This document shows, piece after piece, positions 46,317-56,230 of a stretch of 64,000 nt of DNA. The position numbers and the translations under genes are program-made. A model generated the notes under the pieces. That model was not told the DNA's origin. It did not search any database and worked only from the letters and a program-made list of their open reading frames with translations. The stretch covers positions 1-64,000 of the forward strand of contig JASFQK010000022.1 of assembly GCA_050115495.1 (NCBI GenBank), written 5' to 3'. The stretch comes from Phycisphaerae bacterium (lineage in GTDB: Bacteria > Planctomycetota > Phycisphaerae > UBA1845 > Fen-1342). The stretch's first letter is position 1; each line of letters begins with the position of its first letter.

Positions 46317-48332
46317 GTGAGCGCCAGGAGGCTTCCCGTGATCCGTAACGCCGCTTTCGCGCTGCTTGTCGTTCTTCTCGCCACCACAGCCCTCGGGCAG
46401 GAACCGGCCGTTCAGGTCACGGTCACCGCCGACGAGCTGGCCGAACAGCCCGCGAGCCCGCTGATCTTCGGCGGGTTCATCGAGTCCGGCTTCGGCCGGC
46501 AGGTCGAGGGCATGTGGGCCGAGATGCTCTTCAACCGGGGTTTCGAGCCCATCCCCCCCTACACCCGCGCCAACTACGGCTCGCGCGGCTGCGGGCCCGA
46601 CACCGACCTCCCGGCCCAGCCCTGGTGGCATTCGGGCTATGAGGAGCAGCCCTGGGAACTCGCTCCCGGCAACCCGGACGCCCGTTGGTCCAATCCCGAG
46701 CACCTCAGCTTCTGGAACGGCCAGCGCGGCGGCTGGCTCGAAAACAAGAACACCGAGCAGTGGGCCGGCGTCGCCCAACGCGGTATCCACCTGCGTCGCG
46801 GCGAACGCTACACGTTCACCGGCATGCTCCGCACGGGCGAGCACGCCTGGGACACCGACCCGGACGATCGCTCACTCGACGCCGAAATCCGCCTCTACGC
46901 CGAGGATGACTGGTCGACGCCCATCCTCACGGGAAGAATCGAGAACATCCGCAAGGGCTTCCGGCAACACACCTGCACGCTCGATAACCCGGACTTCGAG
47001 GGGCGGGCTGCGTTCAGCATCTGGATTCGGCCCGAATCGAGCATCGGCGTCGACGCCCTCTCCCTTATGCCGGCGTCGAACGTCGACGGCTGGCGTGCCG
47101 ACGTGGTCGAGGTCGCCAAGCACATCAATCCGCGTATCATCCGCTGGCCCGGCGGCTGCTTCGCGTCGTTCTACCACTGGCGGGACGGTATCGGCCCGCG
47201 CAACGAGCGACGGCCCCTGCCGAGCTGGTTCTGGGGCGGCCTGTACGACAACGACGTCGGCACGGCGGAGTTCGTCCAGTTCTGCCGGTTCGTCAACGCC
47301 GAGCCGTTCATTTGCGTCAACGTGCTGACGGCCGACGCTGACGAAGCCGCCGACTGGGTCGCCTACTGCAACGCGCCGGCGACGCATCCCGTCGGCCGGC
47401 TGCGGGCTCGTGACGGCTTCGCCGAGCCCTTCGGCGTGAAATACTGGGAGCTGGACAACGAGGCCTGTCGCCGGTTCGACTCCGGTGAGTACGCCCGGCG
47501 GTGCGTCGGCTTCGCTCGGGCCATGCGGGCCGTCGACCCCGAGATCGAGATCGCCATCGTCGGCTACGACTGGTACCGTCTCACGCTCGCCGAGATGCTG
47601 GAAATCGCCGGCGGGGACATCAACTTCGTCGTCGACCGGGCCATCGACGAGCGAGCCCTCCGCGACGACCTGAAGATCCTCCGCCGTTACAACGAGGCGC
47701 ACGGCACGCACATCCGGCTGTGCAATACGGAATGGCCGGCCCCGGAGCGCGACGTCCCCGCCACCGTCGACCACGCCGCCCTGGACAAGATCACCACCGC
47801 CAAGGGCCGCCGCCGTTGCTGGTACAGCGCGCTCAACGTGGCCAAGACACTCCTTACGTTTCAGCGTCTCGGCGGCGATTTCGCCTTCGGCAACTTCAAC
47901 AACTTCGCCAACACCTGGGGCCAGAACACGATCGAATGTCTCAAGGACGCCGCGTATCCCTCCCCTGCCGGGCACGTCTTCGCCCTGCTGTCCCGCTCGC
48001 CAGCGGCCCGGGCGCTGAAGATCGAGATCGACGGGCCGGCGGAAAACGTCATCGTTCAGACGGCGTGGGACGAATCGCGTTTGAAGCTGTGCCTGGTCGT
48101 TCTCAACTACACGGCGGCGGACGTTCCGCTCTCGTTCGACCTGAAGCCCCTCGGCTGCACCTTCCAGACGTGCGAAATGAGTGTCCTGCGGGCGGATTCG
48201 CTGACGGCCTACAACACGCGCGCTCGACCCCGTGTCGTCGAACGGACGGATTCATCGAGCCCCCTGCCCGAGCCAACCACGTTCAGCACGACCGTCCCGC
48301 CGTTCGCCCTGCTGCACGCCGTCCTGGAGTGA
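46317..48332 (+). CDS. Secreted GH51-like glycoside hydrolase with an N-terminal CBM-like insert
   Basis: Signal peptide; GMWAEMLFNRGFE; IRWPGGCFAS.YHWRDGIGP; WELDNE; NTEW. Confidence 0.82.
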   Translation: MSARRLPVIRNAAFALLVVLLATTALGQEPAVQVTVTADELAEQPASPLIFGGFIESGFGRQVEGMWAEMLFNRGFEPIPPYTRANYGSRGCGPDTDLPAQPWWHSGYEEQPWELAPGNPDARWSNPEHLSFWNGQRGGWLENKNTEQWAGVAQRGIHLRRGERYTFTGMLRTGEHAWDTDPDDRSLDAEIRLYAEDDWSTPILTGRIENIRKGFRQHTCTLDNPDFEGRAAFSIWIRPESSIGVDALSLMPASNVDGWRADVVEVAKHINPRIIRWPGGCFASFYHWRDGIGPRNERRPLPSWFWGGLYDNDVGTAEFVQFCRFVNAEPFICVNVLTADADEAADWVAYCNAPATHPVGRLRARDGFAEPFGVKYWELDNEACRRFDSGEYARRCVGFARAMRAVDPEIEIAIVGYDWYRLTLAEMLEIAGGDINFVVDRAIDERALRDDLKILRRYNEAHGTHIRLCNTEWPAPERDVPATVDHAALDKITTAKGRRRCWYSALNVAKTLLTFQRLGGDFAFGNFNNFANTWGQNTIECLKDAAYPSPAGHVFALLSRSPAARALKIEIDGPAENVIVQTAWDESRLKLCLVVLNYTAADVPLSFDLKPLGCTFQTCEMSVLRADSLTAYNTRARPRVVERTDSSSPLPEPTTFSTTVPPFALLHAVLE

Positions 48333-48354
48333 GGCGGCGGCCCGTCGCCGATCG

Positions 48355-49884
48355 TCACGGGCCGGTGAACTGCTGCTGGAACAGGGCGAAGTCCTCCAGG
48401 GCCACGTCGCCGTCGCCGCAGAGGTCAGTTATGGCACAACCCGCCGATGGCGGCAGGTCGGGACCAGCCAGGCAGCCGGCCAGGATGGCGAAATCGTCTA
48501 CGTCGACGTCGAAGTCCCCATCGAAATCGGCCGCGTCCGGCACGACGATCGTCGCGCTGACGTAGCGCGTCATGCCCGGCCAGACGGACACCGGCGACCC
48601 AACGCCACCCGAGATGTTGGTGTAGACGCCGTCGCCGTCGAGATCGAGATAGAAGTCGACGCTGGTGATGGTGGCGGAGCCGACGGCGGAAACGTTCAGC
48701 GACACCGAGACGAAGACGTTCTTTGCCGTACCGGGCAGGAGGAGACCGGCGCCGTCCGTCAGGTCCACGACGACGCGGCGTGAATCGTTGATCGAAATCT
48801 CGCCTTCGTCCGTCTGCTCGATGGCGTCCGGTCCGACGAACTCGGGAGCCGACGTGGGCCCGACGCCGCCCGAGAACCGTATGTGATTCCGGGTCGAGTG
48901 GTTGAGGCCGGCGGCGGCGTACAGCGATGGTCGGTAATCCGGCCGGTCGATGTGGAAGTACATTTCGGGATACGGCGCGTTGTCGAAGCACGGGCTGACC
49001 GGGATCTCGTAGTCGTACCAGCCCATCTCGCCTTCGAGGAACATGTTGTACGCGATCCAGATGAAGCCCTTCGTGCCGGTCCCGGTGCTGTTGTACCAGC
49101 CCCAATTGGGCCCCTCGCTGTTGGCGACGAGGAACGCCCCGTAGTGCAACTGCCCATCGCGGTCGTCGTAGTAGGGCCGCTCGTCGTCGTAGGCGCAGAT
49201 GCAGATGGAATGCCGCAGGTAGTGCCAGCCCTCCCGCCGAAACATGACGCGATTGCTGATGCCGGTGCCGCTGGCGGTGCTTCCATAGTCACCGTAGTTG
49301 GAGAGGAAGTCGGCGCGGGTGACGACGCAGCCGCCGTCGGCGATGTGCTGCTTGACGATCTCGAGCCCGTCCTCGTTGTCCACGCGGATCTTCTGCAACT
49401 CGCCCGGGCGGTTGCGGAGAGCGGCGACCCAGGCCGCTTCGGTCGGCCAGTCCGTGTACCACGCCGTCATCGAATGCACCGACGCCGGAGCGCAGCCGAC
49501 ATCGGCCAGGCGGGCCATGGCGTGCCCCGTGCACTCGGCCCCCCACGACCCCTGGGCGATGATCGGGAACAGGAACCGCGGGCTGCAGATCACGTCGGGG
49601 TCGCCGGTCGAGGCGTCGAGCCCGTGATCGCGGGCCTGCGTGAAGGTGCTGTAGTAGTAGCAGGACGACCAGCACGTGCAGTCGCCGAGCTCCTGCTGTC
49701 CGATCGGCGGGAAGTACATGAGTGTGCTGCTGTCCGCCGCCGGCGGCCGATCGGCGCTGGCCGGGTCGCCCAGGGCAGTAAGCGCCAGCAGCAGTGCGGC
49801 GAGCCGAACGATCGACCGGTGGGCGGCGGATGAGACCCAACACTTGCTTACGCGACGAGTTAATGTGACACCGTTCAACGTCAC
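48355..49884 (-). CDS. Secreted papain-like (C1) cysteine peptidase with a dockerin-like tag
   Basis: PPIGQQELGDCTCW (Gln/Cys), RHSICICAYDD (His), ANSEG (Asn); C-terminal ADFDGDFDVDVDDF...DGDVALEDF. Confidence 0.8.
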   Translation of the reverse strand: MTLNGVTLTRRVSKCWVSSAAHRSIVRLAALLLALTALGDPASADRPPAADSSTLMYFPPIGQQELGDCTCWSSCYYYSTFTQARDHGLDASTGDPDVICSPRFLFPIIAQGSWGAECTGHAMARLADVGCAPASVHSMTAWYTDWPTEAAWVAALRNRPGELQKIRVDNEDGLEIVKQHIADGGCVVTRADFLSNYGDYGSTASGTGISNRVMFRREGWHYLRHSICICAYDDERPYYDDRDGQLHYGAFLVANSEGPNWGWYNSTGTGTKGFIWIAYNMFLEGEMGWYDYEIPVSPCFDNAPYPEMYFHIDRPDYRPSLYAAAGLNHSTRNHIRFSGGVGPTSAPEFVGPDAIEQTDEGEISINDSRRVVVDLTDGAGLLLPGTAKNVFVSVSLNVSAVGSATITSVDFYLDLDGDGVYTNISGGVGSPVSVWPGMTRYVSATIVVPDAADFDGDFDVDVDDFAILAGCLAGPDLPPSAGCAITDLCGDGDVALEDFALFQQQFTGP

Positions 49885-49988
49885 CCGCTCCTTCCTTCTG
49901 ATGGCTCAGCGCGTCTTCGTTCAGCGCGCCTCGATCCGTGGCCGCATCCGCGCGGCAATCCGGCACAGCGCGGAGCGCCGCCGGTCGG

Positions 49989-51593
49989 TTACGGCCCCGT
50001 GAACTGCCGCTGGAACGAGGCGAAATCGCCCAGGTCCACGTCGCCGTCTCCGGCGAGATCGGTGACGACGCAATCGGATGCCGGCTCCCAAGCGGGGCCG
50101 AGCAGACAGCCGGCGATCCGTATGAAGTCGGCCACGTCGACGTCGAAATCTGCGTCGAAGTCGGCCGCGGCTGGCACGGCGATGGTCGCGCTGACGTACC
50201 GGGTCGCGCCCGGCTCGACGGTGACCGGTCCCTGCATTTCCCCCGGCACCGTGGTGTACACCCCGTCATGATTGAAGTCGTAGCAGAAATCCACGCTGGT
50301 GATCGTGGCCGGCGCGGCCGCCTCAGCGGCGAGTGACAGCGAGACGAACACGTTGCTGCTCTCCCCTGGCGGCATGAATGGGATACCGTCCGTCAGGTCG
50401 ACGGCGACGCGGCGTGAATCGTTGATCGATATGTCGCCCAGCTCCGTGCGCTCGATCGCTTCCGGTCCGATGAACTCCGGCGCACCAGGCTGGCCGATGC
50501 CTCCGGAGAAGGTCAGGAGGTTTCGAGCGTTGTGGTTGATCCCGGCCACGCCGTAGAGGACCGGCTGGTAGTCGGGCCGGTCATCGTGGTAGTAGATCTC
50601 CGGGTACTCCGGGTTGTCGTAGCAGGGATCTGTGTAGGGGTTGTCGTCGTTGTCGTACAGGCCGAACTGGCCCTCGAGAAACATGTTGTACGCGATCCAG
50701 ATGAACCCTTTCGTGCCCGTGTCCGTGCTGTTGTACCAGCCCCAATCGGGCCCTTCGCTGTTGGCGATGAGAAAGGCCCCGTGATAGAGCTGTCCGTCGC
50801 GGTAGTCGTAGTAAGGGCGCTCATCGTCGTAGCCGCAGATGCACAGCGAATGCCGGAGGTAGTTCCCGCCCACGCCCGCGTACATGACGCGGTTGTTGAT
50901 ACCCGAACCGGTCGCCGTGGCCCCATAGCTGACGTAGTTGCCGTGAAACAGCGCCCGGGTGACCGCACAGCCCCCATCGGCGATGTGCTGCTTCACTTCC
51001 TCCAGGCCCGCCAAGTCGTCGGCCCGGACCTGGTGCAGCGTGCCCGTACGGTTGCGGAGCGCGCCGATCCAGGCCTGCTCCGTCGGCCACTGGGCGTACC
51101 ACGTGGACATCGGGTGCAGGGATGCAGGAGCACAGCCGATATCGGAGAGGCGAGCCATGGCGTGCTCGGTGCACTCGGCGCCGGCAGCACCTTGCGCGAT
51201 GAGGGCGAACAGAAAGCGGGGGCTGCAAATGACCTCGGAGTTGCCGGTCGAGGCATCCAGTCCGTGATCGCGGGCCTGCGTATAGGTGTTGTAGTAGTAG
51301 CAAGACGACCAGCAGGTGCAGTCGCCGATCTCCTGGTGCCCGATGGGCGGGAAGTACATGAGTGTGCTGTTGTCCGTGGCCGGCGGGCGCTCGGCCCATG
51401 CCGGCGCCACGGCGGCGGCGAACAGCACCGCCGCCGGAACACCGACGGAGAGAAGGAAGGCCCCGAGGGAGGGCCTGCAATTACTCGGCGCACGATCTAT
51501 CATTAAGGGACACATGATGGTGGGGTCCTGGATGTGCTGTTTTCTGGCGACATGGCTGGGTCCATTGTATACAGACCATAACCGCTCAATCAA
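49989..51593 (-). CDS. Secreted papain-like (C1) cysteine peptidase paralog 2 with a dockerin-like tag
   Basis: PPIGHQEIGDCTCW, RHSLCICGYDD, ANSEG; C-terminal ADFDADFDVDVADF...DGDVDLGDF. Start probably downstream of 51593. Confidence 0.8.
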   Translation of the reverse strand: MIERLWSVYNGPSHVARKQHIQDPTIMCPLMIDRAPSNCRPSLGAFLLSVGVPAAVLFAAAVAPAWAERPPATDNSTLMYFPPIGHQEIGDCTCWSSCYYYNTYTQARDHGLDASTGNSEVICSPRFLFALIAQGAAGAECTEHAMARLSDIGCAPASLHPMSTWYAQWPTEQAWIGALRNRTGTLHQVRADDLAGLEEVKQHIADGGCAVTRALFHGNYVSYGATATGSGINNRVMYAGVGGNYLRHSLCICGYDDERPYYDYRDGQLYHGAFLIANSEGPDWGWYNSTDTGTKGFIWIAYNMFLEGQFGLYDNDDNPYTDPCYDNPEYPEIYYHDDRPDYQPVLYGVAGINHNARNLLTFSGGIGQPGAPEFIGPEAIERTELGDISINDSRRVAVDLTDGIPFMPPGESSNVFVSLSLAAEAAAPATITSVDFCYDFNHDGVYTTVPGEMQGPVTVEPGATRYVSATIAVPAAADFDADFDVDVADFIRIAGCLLGPAWEPASDCVVTDLAGDGDVDLGDFASFQRQFTGP

Positions 51594-51701
51594 CGAGTAA
51601 ATTCGGATTGCCCTATCCCCGCCCCTGCCCCCTGCGCAGCCGACATCGTCAGACCCGCGTCACGCCACAATGGTCCTATAACACTGAGCCGCAGAACGCC
51701 T

Positions 51702-53066
51702 TTACTTCGCTCCGGCCGTCGGCACAGCCACCCGGGCGCTGACGGACACCGTCGTGCCGGCGGCGACCCTGGTTGGCGAGGCCATCGCCACCGGTACGGC
51801 GGTGTAGCGCCCGTCGCCATCGAAGTCGCAGTAGAAATCGACACTCGTGATCGTCGCGGGCGCCGACGCTGCATCGTCGACCGTCAGCGAGACGAACACG
51901 GCCTGGCTGGTCCCGGGAGCGATGAGGCCGGCCCCGTCGGTCAGGTCGACCGCGACGCGGCGGGAGTCGTTGATGGCAATCTCGCCGTGGTCCGTCCAGG
52001 TGATGGCCTCGGGACCCATGAAGAGCGGGGCATCCGCCGGCCCGACGCCGCCGGTGAAGGTGAGGAGATTGCGGGACGGGTGGTTGATGCCGGCGACGGC
52101 GATCAGGACGGGCCGGTAGTGCGGCCGGTCGTCGTGGAAGTAGACCTCAGGGTAGTCCGGGTTGTCGTAGCAGGGATCCGTATAGGGGTTATCGTCGTGG
52201 TCGTACAGGCCAAAGCCCCCTTCGAGGAACAGGTTGTAGGCGACCCAGAGGAAGCCCTTCGTACCCGCGCCGGTGCTGTTGTGCCAGCCCCAGTCGGGCC
52301 CCTCGCTGTTGGCGATGAGGAAGGCGCCGCTGTAGGTCTCGCCGTCGCGGTCATCCACGTAGCTAAGCGTGTCGTCGTAGCCGCAGATGCAGAGTGAATG
52401 GCGCAGGTGGTTCGGGCCGACGCCGGCGTAGAGGACGTGGTTGTCGATGCCCGGGCCGCCGGCGCTGTCGCCGTAGTCGACGTAGTTTCGGTGGAACAGG
52501 GCGCGGGTGACGGCACAGCCCCCGTCGGCGATGTGCTGCTTGACGGTTTCGAGCCCTGCCGGATTGTCGACGCGGATCTTGTGCAGCTTGCCGGGGCGGT
52601 TGCGGAGGGCGGCGATCCAGGCGTCTTCGGTCGGCCACACGGCGCAGTGCGTCGATACGGGGTGCTTGGCGGCCGTCGCGCAGCCGACGTCGGCCAGCCG
52701 GGCCATCGCGTTGGCCGTGCACTCCGCCCCGCCGGCGCCCTCGGCAATGAGGGCGAAGAGGAAGCGCTGGCTGCACAGGACGTTGGGGTCGCCGGTGGAG
52801 GCGTCCAAACCTTCGTCGCGGGCTTGCGTGTACGTGTTGTAGTAGTAGCAGGACGACCAGCACGTGCAGTCGCCGAGCTGCTGCGGACCGCCGATGGGCG
52901 GGAAGAACATCTCCGTGCTGTGATCGACGACAGCGGACCGCCCCGCCCCGCCGGCGGAACAGCCACCCGCGAAGACGACCGCCAGCGTGGCGGCGATCAC
53001 CAAGCCCACGGCCACGCTCGACCGGCCGAAATATCTCGTAAATCGAGGAAACTCATGTTGACTCAT
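51702..53066 (-). CDS. Lipoprotein papain-like (C1) cysteine peptidase paralog 3, no C-terminal tag
   Basis: Lipobox VFAGGC; QQLGDCTCW, RHSLCICGYDD, ANSEG; ends at VAVPTAGAK. Confidence 0.8.
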   Translation of the reverse strand: MSQHEFPRFTRYFGRSSVAVGLVIAATLAVVFAGGCSAGGAGRSAVVDHSTEMFFPPIGGPQQLGDCTCWSSCYYYNTYTQARDEGLDASTGDPNVLCSQRFLFALIAEGAGGAECTANAMARLADVGCATAAKHPVSTHCAVWPTEDAWIAALRNRPGKLHKIRVDNPAGLETVKQHIADGGCAVTRALFHRNYVDYGDSAGGPGIDNHVLYAGVGPNHLRHSLCICGYDDTLSYVDDRDGETYSGAFLIANSEGPDWGWHNSTGAGTKGFLWVAYNLFLEGGFGLYDHDDNPYTDPCYDNPDYPEVYFHDDRPHYRPVLIAVAGINHPSRNLLTFTGGVGPADAPLFMGPEAITWTDHGEIAINDSRRVAVDLTDGAGLIAPGTSQAVFVSLTVDDAASAPATITSVDFYCDFDGDGRYTAVPVAMASPTRVAAGTTVSVSARVAVPTAGAK

Positions 53067-53601
53067 GGGCGGTGGTCCCTCACTGGCCTTGGTCCATTCA
53101 TGAAACGTCCCCATGATACACGACATACAAATGCTCAGTCAACGAGCAAACACACCCACAGAGCGATGCCGCGTCGGGTTCGTCCGTCAGGGCGATGGAC
53201 TCGCGCTGCACCTGCTGGATGTCCAACGGTGTGTCCGCCGCCTCGGCGCTTGCTCCAGGTTGGGCGGCGAGGTGGTTCAGGGCGAGGTCCACTTCGAGGA
53301 CATCCTTCGTCGCCCGGTAGTTGCCGGCGATCTGATACACGTCCGGACCTGCAGTCGTTCGCGCCCGGTACTTCAGACAGACCGAGTCACCCCGCCGATC
53401 GGCCATACGTATGCGCTGCATGCCGTGTGGGCGGTGCGACTCCTGATCGCCAACTCATGGTTGGTGCCAGACGGTCGAACGCGTGGACCGGAGGACGCCT
53501 CGCCCGACTCCGACGCGCACGGTCTCGGTCAGAGCGGTGACCGCGTCCGGGAATGCGCGGAACCGGCCTAGGTGGGGCCGCAGATGTGGCCGACGCGACA
53601 C

Positions 53602-53648
53602 TTCCAACATGCTGTGCTTGACAGTCTGTTGCGTACTGCATATTGTGC
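53602..53648 (+). promoter_or_regulatory. nrdD promoter with two candidate NrdR boxes
   Basis: TTGACA (53618), 17 bp spacer, TATTGT (53641). TTCCAACATGCTGTGC (53602-53617) and GTACTGCATATTGTGC (53633-53648) are 31 bp apart. Confidence 0.7.
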
Positions 53649-53652
53649 CATC

Positions 53653-53846
53653 TTGCCGGTTTGCCCGCCGCTTCGGGCGGTGAGCATCGCAAGAGGGAAC
53701 CCGGTGAGAATCCGGGACTGCCCCGCAGCGGTAAGTAGGTACGACCGTCGTCTCATGCACTGGTCTCCTCGCAGACCGGGAAGCGACGACCAGTGGAACT
53801 CCTCCAATCCTGGGGGGCGCCTACGAGTCCGAAGACCTGCCGGCAG
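53653..53846 (+). ncRNA. Cobalamin riboswitch
   Basis: AGGGAACCCGGTGAGAATCCGGGACTGCCCCGCAGCGGTA ... CACTGG ... GGGAAG ... GAGTCCGAAGACCTGCC (B12 box), upstream of a B12-independent RNR. Confidence 0.95.
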
Positions 53847-54076
53847 CCGTGTTAGCCGCACGGGACTGGGTACGTCGCGTCGAGGGTAACGCGGCGTTCG
53901 AGCGGCGTGGATGTTGCCGCCGGTAGCAGAACGAGTTGAATCACTCTCCCCACCGCGCATTTGCGCGGTGTCGCTTTGTGCACGGACGGACCGCGGCGGA
54001 GTGTCGATGCACGGCGGCAACCGTGAATCGATAGATCAACTCACCGCAAGGCCACGCGCAGGTATGGAGACCGTCG

Positions 54077-56230
54077 ATGCAAGTCATTCCCCCCGAGCAG
54101 CCGCAGCGCGATCTTTTCGGCGATGTCATTGGTTTTACGGACATTCGCAAGCGTGACGGACGTGTTACACCGTTTAACGCGCGCAAGATTACGGACGCAG
54201 TTCAACGTGCGGGCGGTGCGACCGGCGAGTTCGACGAAGCGACGGCGCGACGCCTGACGCTCCGCATACTCAGCCTGGCTCAGGCAACCTTGGGCAACGG
54301 CATCCCGACGGTGGAGCAAATCCAGGACATCGTCGAACACGTCTTGCTGGAATCCCCCTTCAAGCGGACGGCTAAAGCGTACATTCTCTATCGGGACCAG
54401 CATGCACGGAACCGCGAGTTGATGGCGCGAGCCGACGTGGACCTTGTCGACCAATACCTGGAACGCCTGGACTGGAAGGTTCAGGAAAACAGCAACATGG
54501 CTTATTCACTCCAAGGCCTGAACAACTACGTTTCCAGCGAGGTCAGTAAGGTCTACTGGCTCAACAAGATCTACACGCCGGAAATCCGCGCCGCGCACAG
54601 CGAAGGTGACCTGCACATTCACGACCTCGGCGTGCTGTCGGTGTATTGCGTCGGCTGGGACCTGCACGACCTGTTGCTGGTCGGTTTCCGGGGAGCCGCG
54701 GGCAAAACGGAGAGCGCTCCGGCGCGCCACTTCCGCAGTGCGCTGGGCCAGATCGTGAACTTCTTCTACACGCTTCAGGGTGAAGCCGCAGGGGCACAGG
54801 CGTTTTCGAGTCTCGACACGCTCCTGGCGCCGTTCATCCGGTTCGACAACCTGTCATACGAGCAGACCAAGCAGGCGCTCCAGGAATTCGTCTTCAACGT
54901 CAACGTCGCCACTCGCGTCGGCTTCCAGACGCCGTTTACCAACGTCACGCTGGATCTCCAGCCGCCCGCGGCCCTCGCCAACCAACCGGTCATCATCGGC
55001 GGCAAACCGCGGGAAGAGACCTACAGCGAGTTCCAGGAAGAGATGAACGTGTTCAACCGCGCCATGCTCGAAGTGCTCAGCGAGGGAGACGCCAGGGGCC
55101 GCGTGTTCACCTTCCCGATTCCAACCTTCAACATCAGCCCCGACTTCGACTGGGACGCGCCCCAACTCGAGAAACTGTGGGAAATCACGGCCAAGTACGG
55201 CATCCCGTATTTCGCGAACTTCGTGAATTCTGACCTGTCGCCGGACGACGCGCGCTCGATGTGTTGCCGACTGCGTCTCGACCTGCGTCATCTGGCCAAA
55301 CGCGGCGGCGGTCTGTTTGGCGCCAACCCGCTCACGGGCTCGATTGGCGTCGTCACGATCAACATGCCGCGCCTCGGCTATCTGGCACAGTCCGAGGACG
55401 ATTTCCTCGGCCGGCTCGATCTGCTCATGGAAATCGCCCGGGCCAGCCTGGAAACCAAACGCAAAGTCCTGGAGCAACTGACCGAGAGGAATCTCTATCC
55501 CTATAGCCGCTTCTATTTGCGGCACATCAAAGAGCGGCACGATCGCTACTGGCACAATCATTTCGCGACGATCGGGCTGGTGGGCATGAATGAGGCTTGC
55601 CTGAACCTGCTGCAATGCGACATCGGTGCGCCGAAAGGAGTCGCGTTCGCCACGCGGGTGCTCGATCACATGCGCGACCGACTCGCCACGTTTCAACAAC
55701 AGACCGGGAACTTCTACAATCTCGAGGCGACGCCGGCCGAAGGGACGACCTATCGGCTTGCGCAGTTGGATCGGCAGCGATTCCCCGACATCCATGTGGC
55801 CAATGATCGCTCCGTCGCCGGCGGCGCCGAGCCGTTCTACACGAACTCGTCGCAACTGCCGGTCAATTACACTGATGACATCTTTGAGGTTCTCGATCTT
55901 CAGGATGAACTGCAGGCTCGATACACCGGTGGGACCGTCCAGCATATCTTCCTGGGCGAGGCTGTATCTGATCCCGCATCGGTGAAGGCTTTCGTCAAAC
56001 GGGTCTGTGACGCCTATCGACTGCCCTACTTCACGGTTACGCCGACGTTCTCGATCTGTGCGTCACATGGCTACTTGCTCGGCCGACAACCGCGTTGCCC
56101 AAAATGCAACGCGGAAACCGAGGTGTACTCGCGTGTCGTCGGCTATCTGCGCCCGGTCAAGCAATGGAACGATGGCAAGCAAGCTGAGTTCGACGAGCGC
56201 AGCCGCTACCTGCTCGGAGCGTCAGCATGA
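54077..56230 (+). CDS. nrdD: Anaerobic (class III) ribonucleoside-triphosphate reductase with ATP cone
   Basis: ATP cone IRKRDGR, HIHDL, SMCCRL, EATPAEGT, YTGGT, Zn site C..HG...CPKC, glycyl-radical motif YSRVVGYLRP. Confidence 0.96.
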   Translation: MQVIPPEQPQRDLFGDVIGFTDIRKRDGRVTPFNARKITDAVQRAGGATGEFDEATARRLTLRILSLAQATLGNGIPTVEQIQDIVEHVLLESPFKRTAKAYILYRDQHARNRELMARADVDLVDQYLERLDWKVQENSNMAYSLQGLNNYVSSEVSKVYWLNKIYTPEIRAAHSEGDLHIHDLGVLSVYCVGWDLHDLLLVGFRGAAGKTESAPARHFRSALGQIVNFFYTLQGEAAGAQAFSSLDTLLAPFIRFDNLSYEQTKQALQEFVFNVNVATRVGFQTPFTNVTLDLQPPAALANQPVIIGGKPREETYSEFQEEMNVFNRAMLEVLSEGDARGRVFTFPIPTFNISPDFDWDAPQLEKLWEITAKYGIPYFANFVNSDLSPDDARSMCCRLRLDLRHLAKRGGGLFGANPLTGSIGVVTINMPRLGYLAQSEDDFLGRLDLLMEIARASLETKRKVLEQLTERNLYPYSRFYLRHIKERHDRYWHNHFATIGLVGMNEACLNLLQCDIGAPKGVAFATRVLDHMRDRLATFQQQTGNFYNLEATPAEGTTYRLAQLDRQRFPDIHVANDRSVAGGAEPFYTNSSQLPVNYTDDIFEVLDLQDELQARYTGGTVQHIFLGEAVSDPASVKAFVKRVCDAYRLPYFTVTPTFSICASHGYLLGRQPRCPKCNAETEVYSRVVGYLRPVKQWNDGKQAEFDERSRYLLGASA

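Noticed and set aside
53098..53570. Minus-strand ORF 53098-53421 with a possible upstream continuation past TGA 53455
   Set aside because: May be a pseudogene, but I cannot recognise any family.
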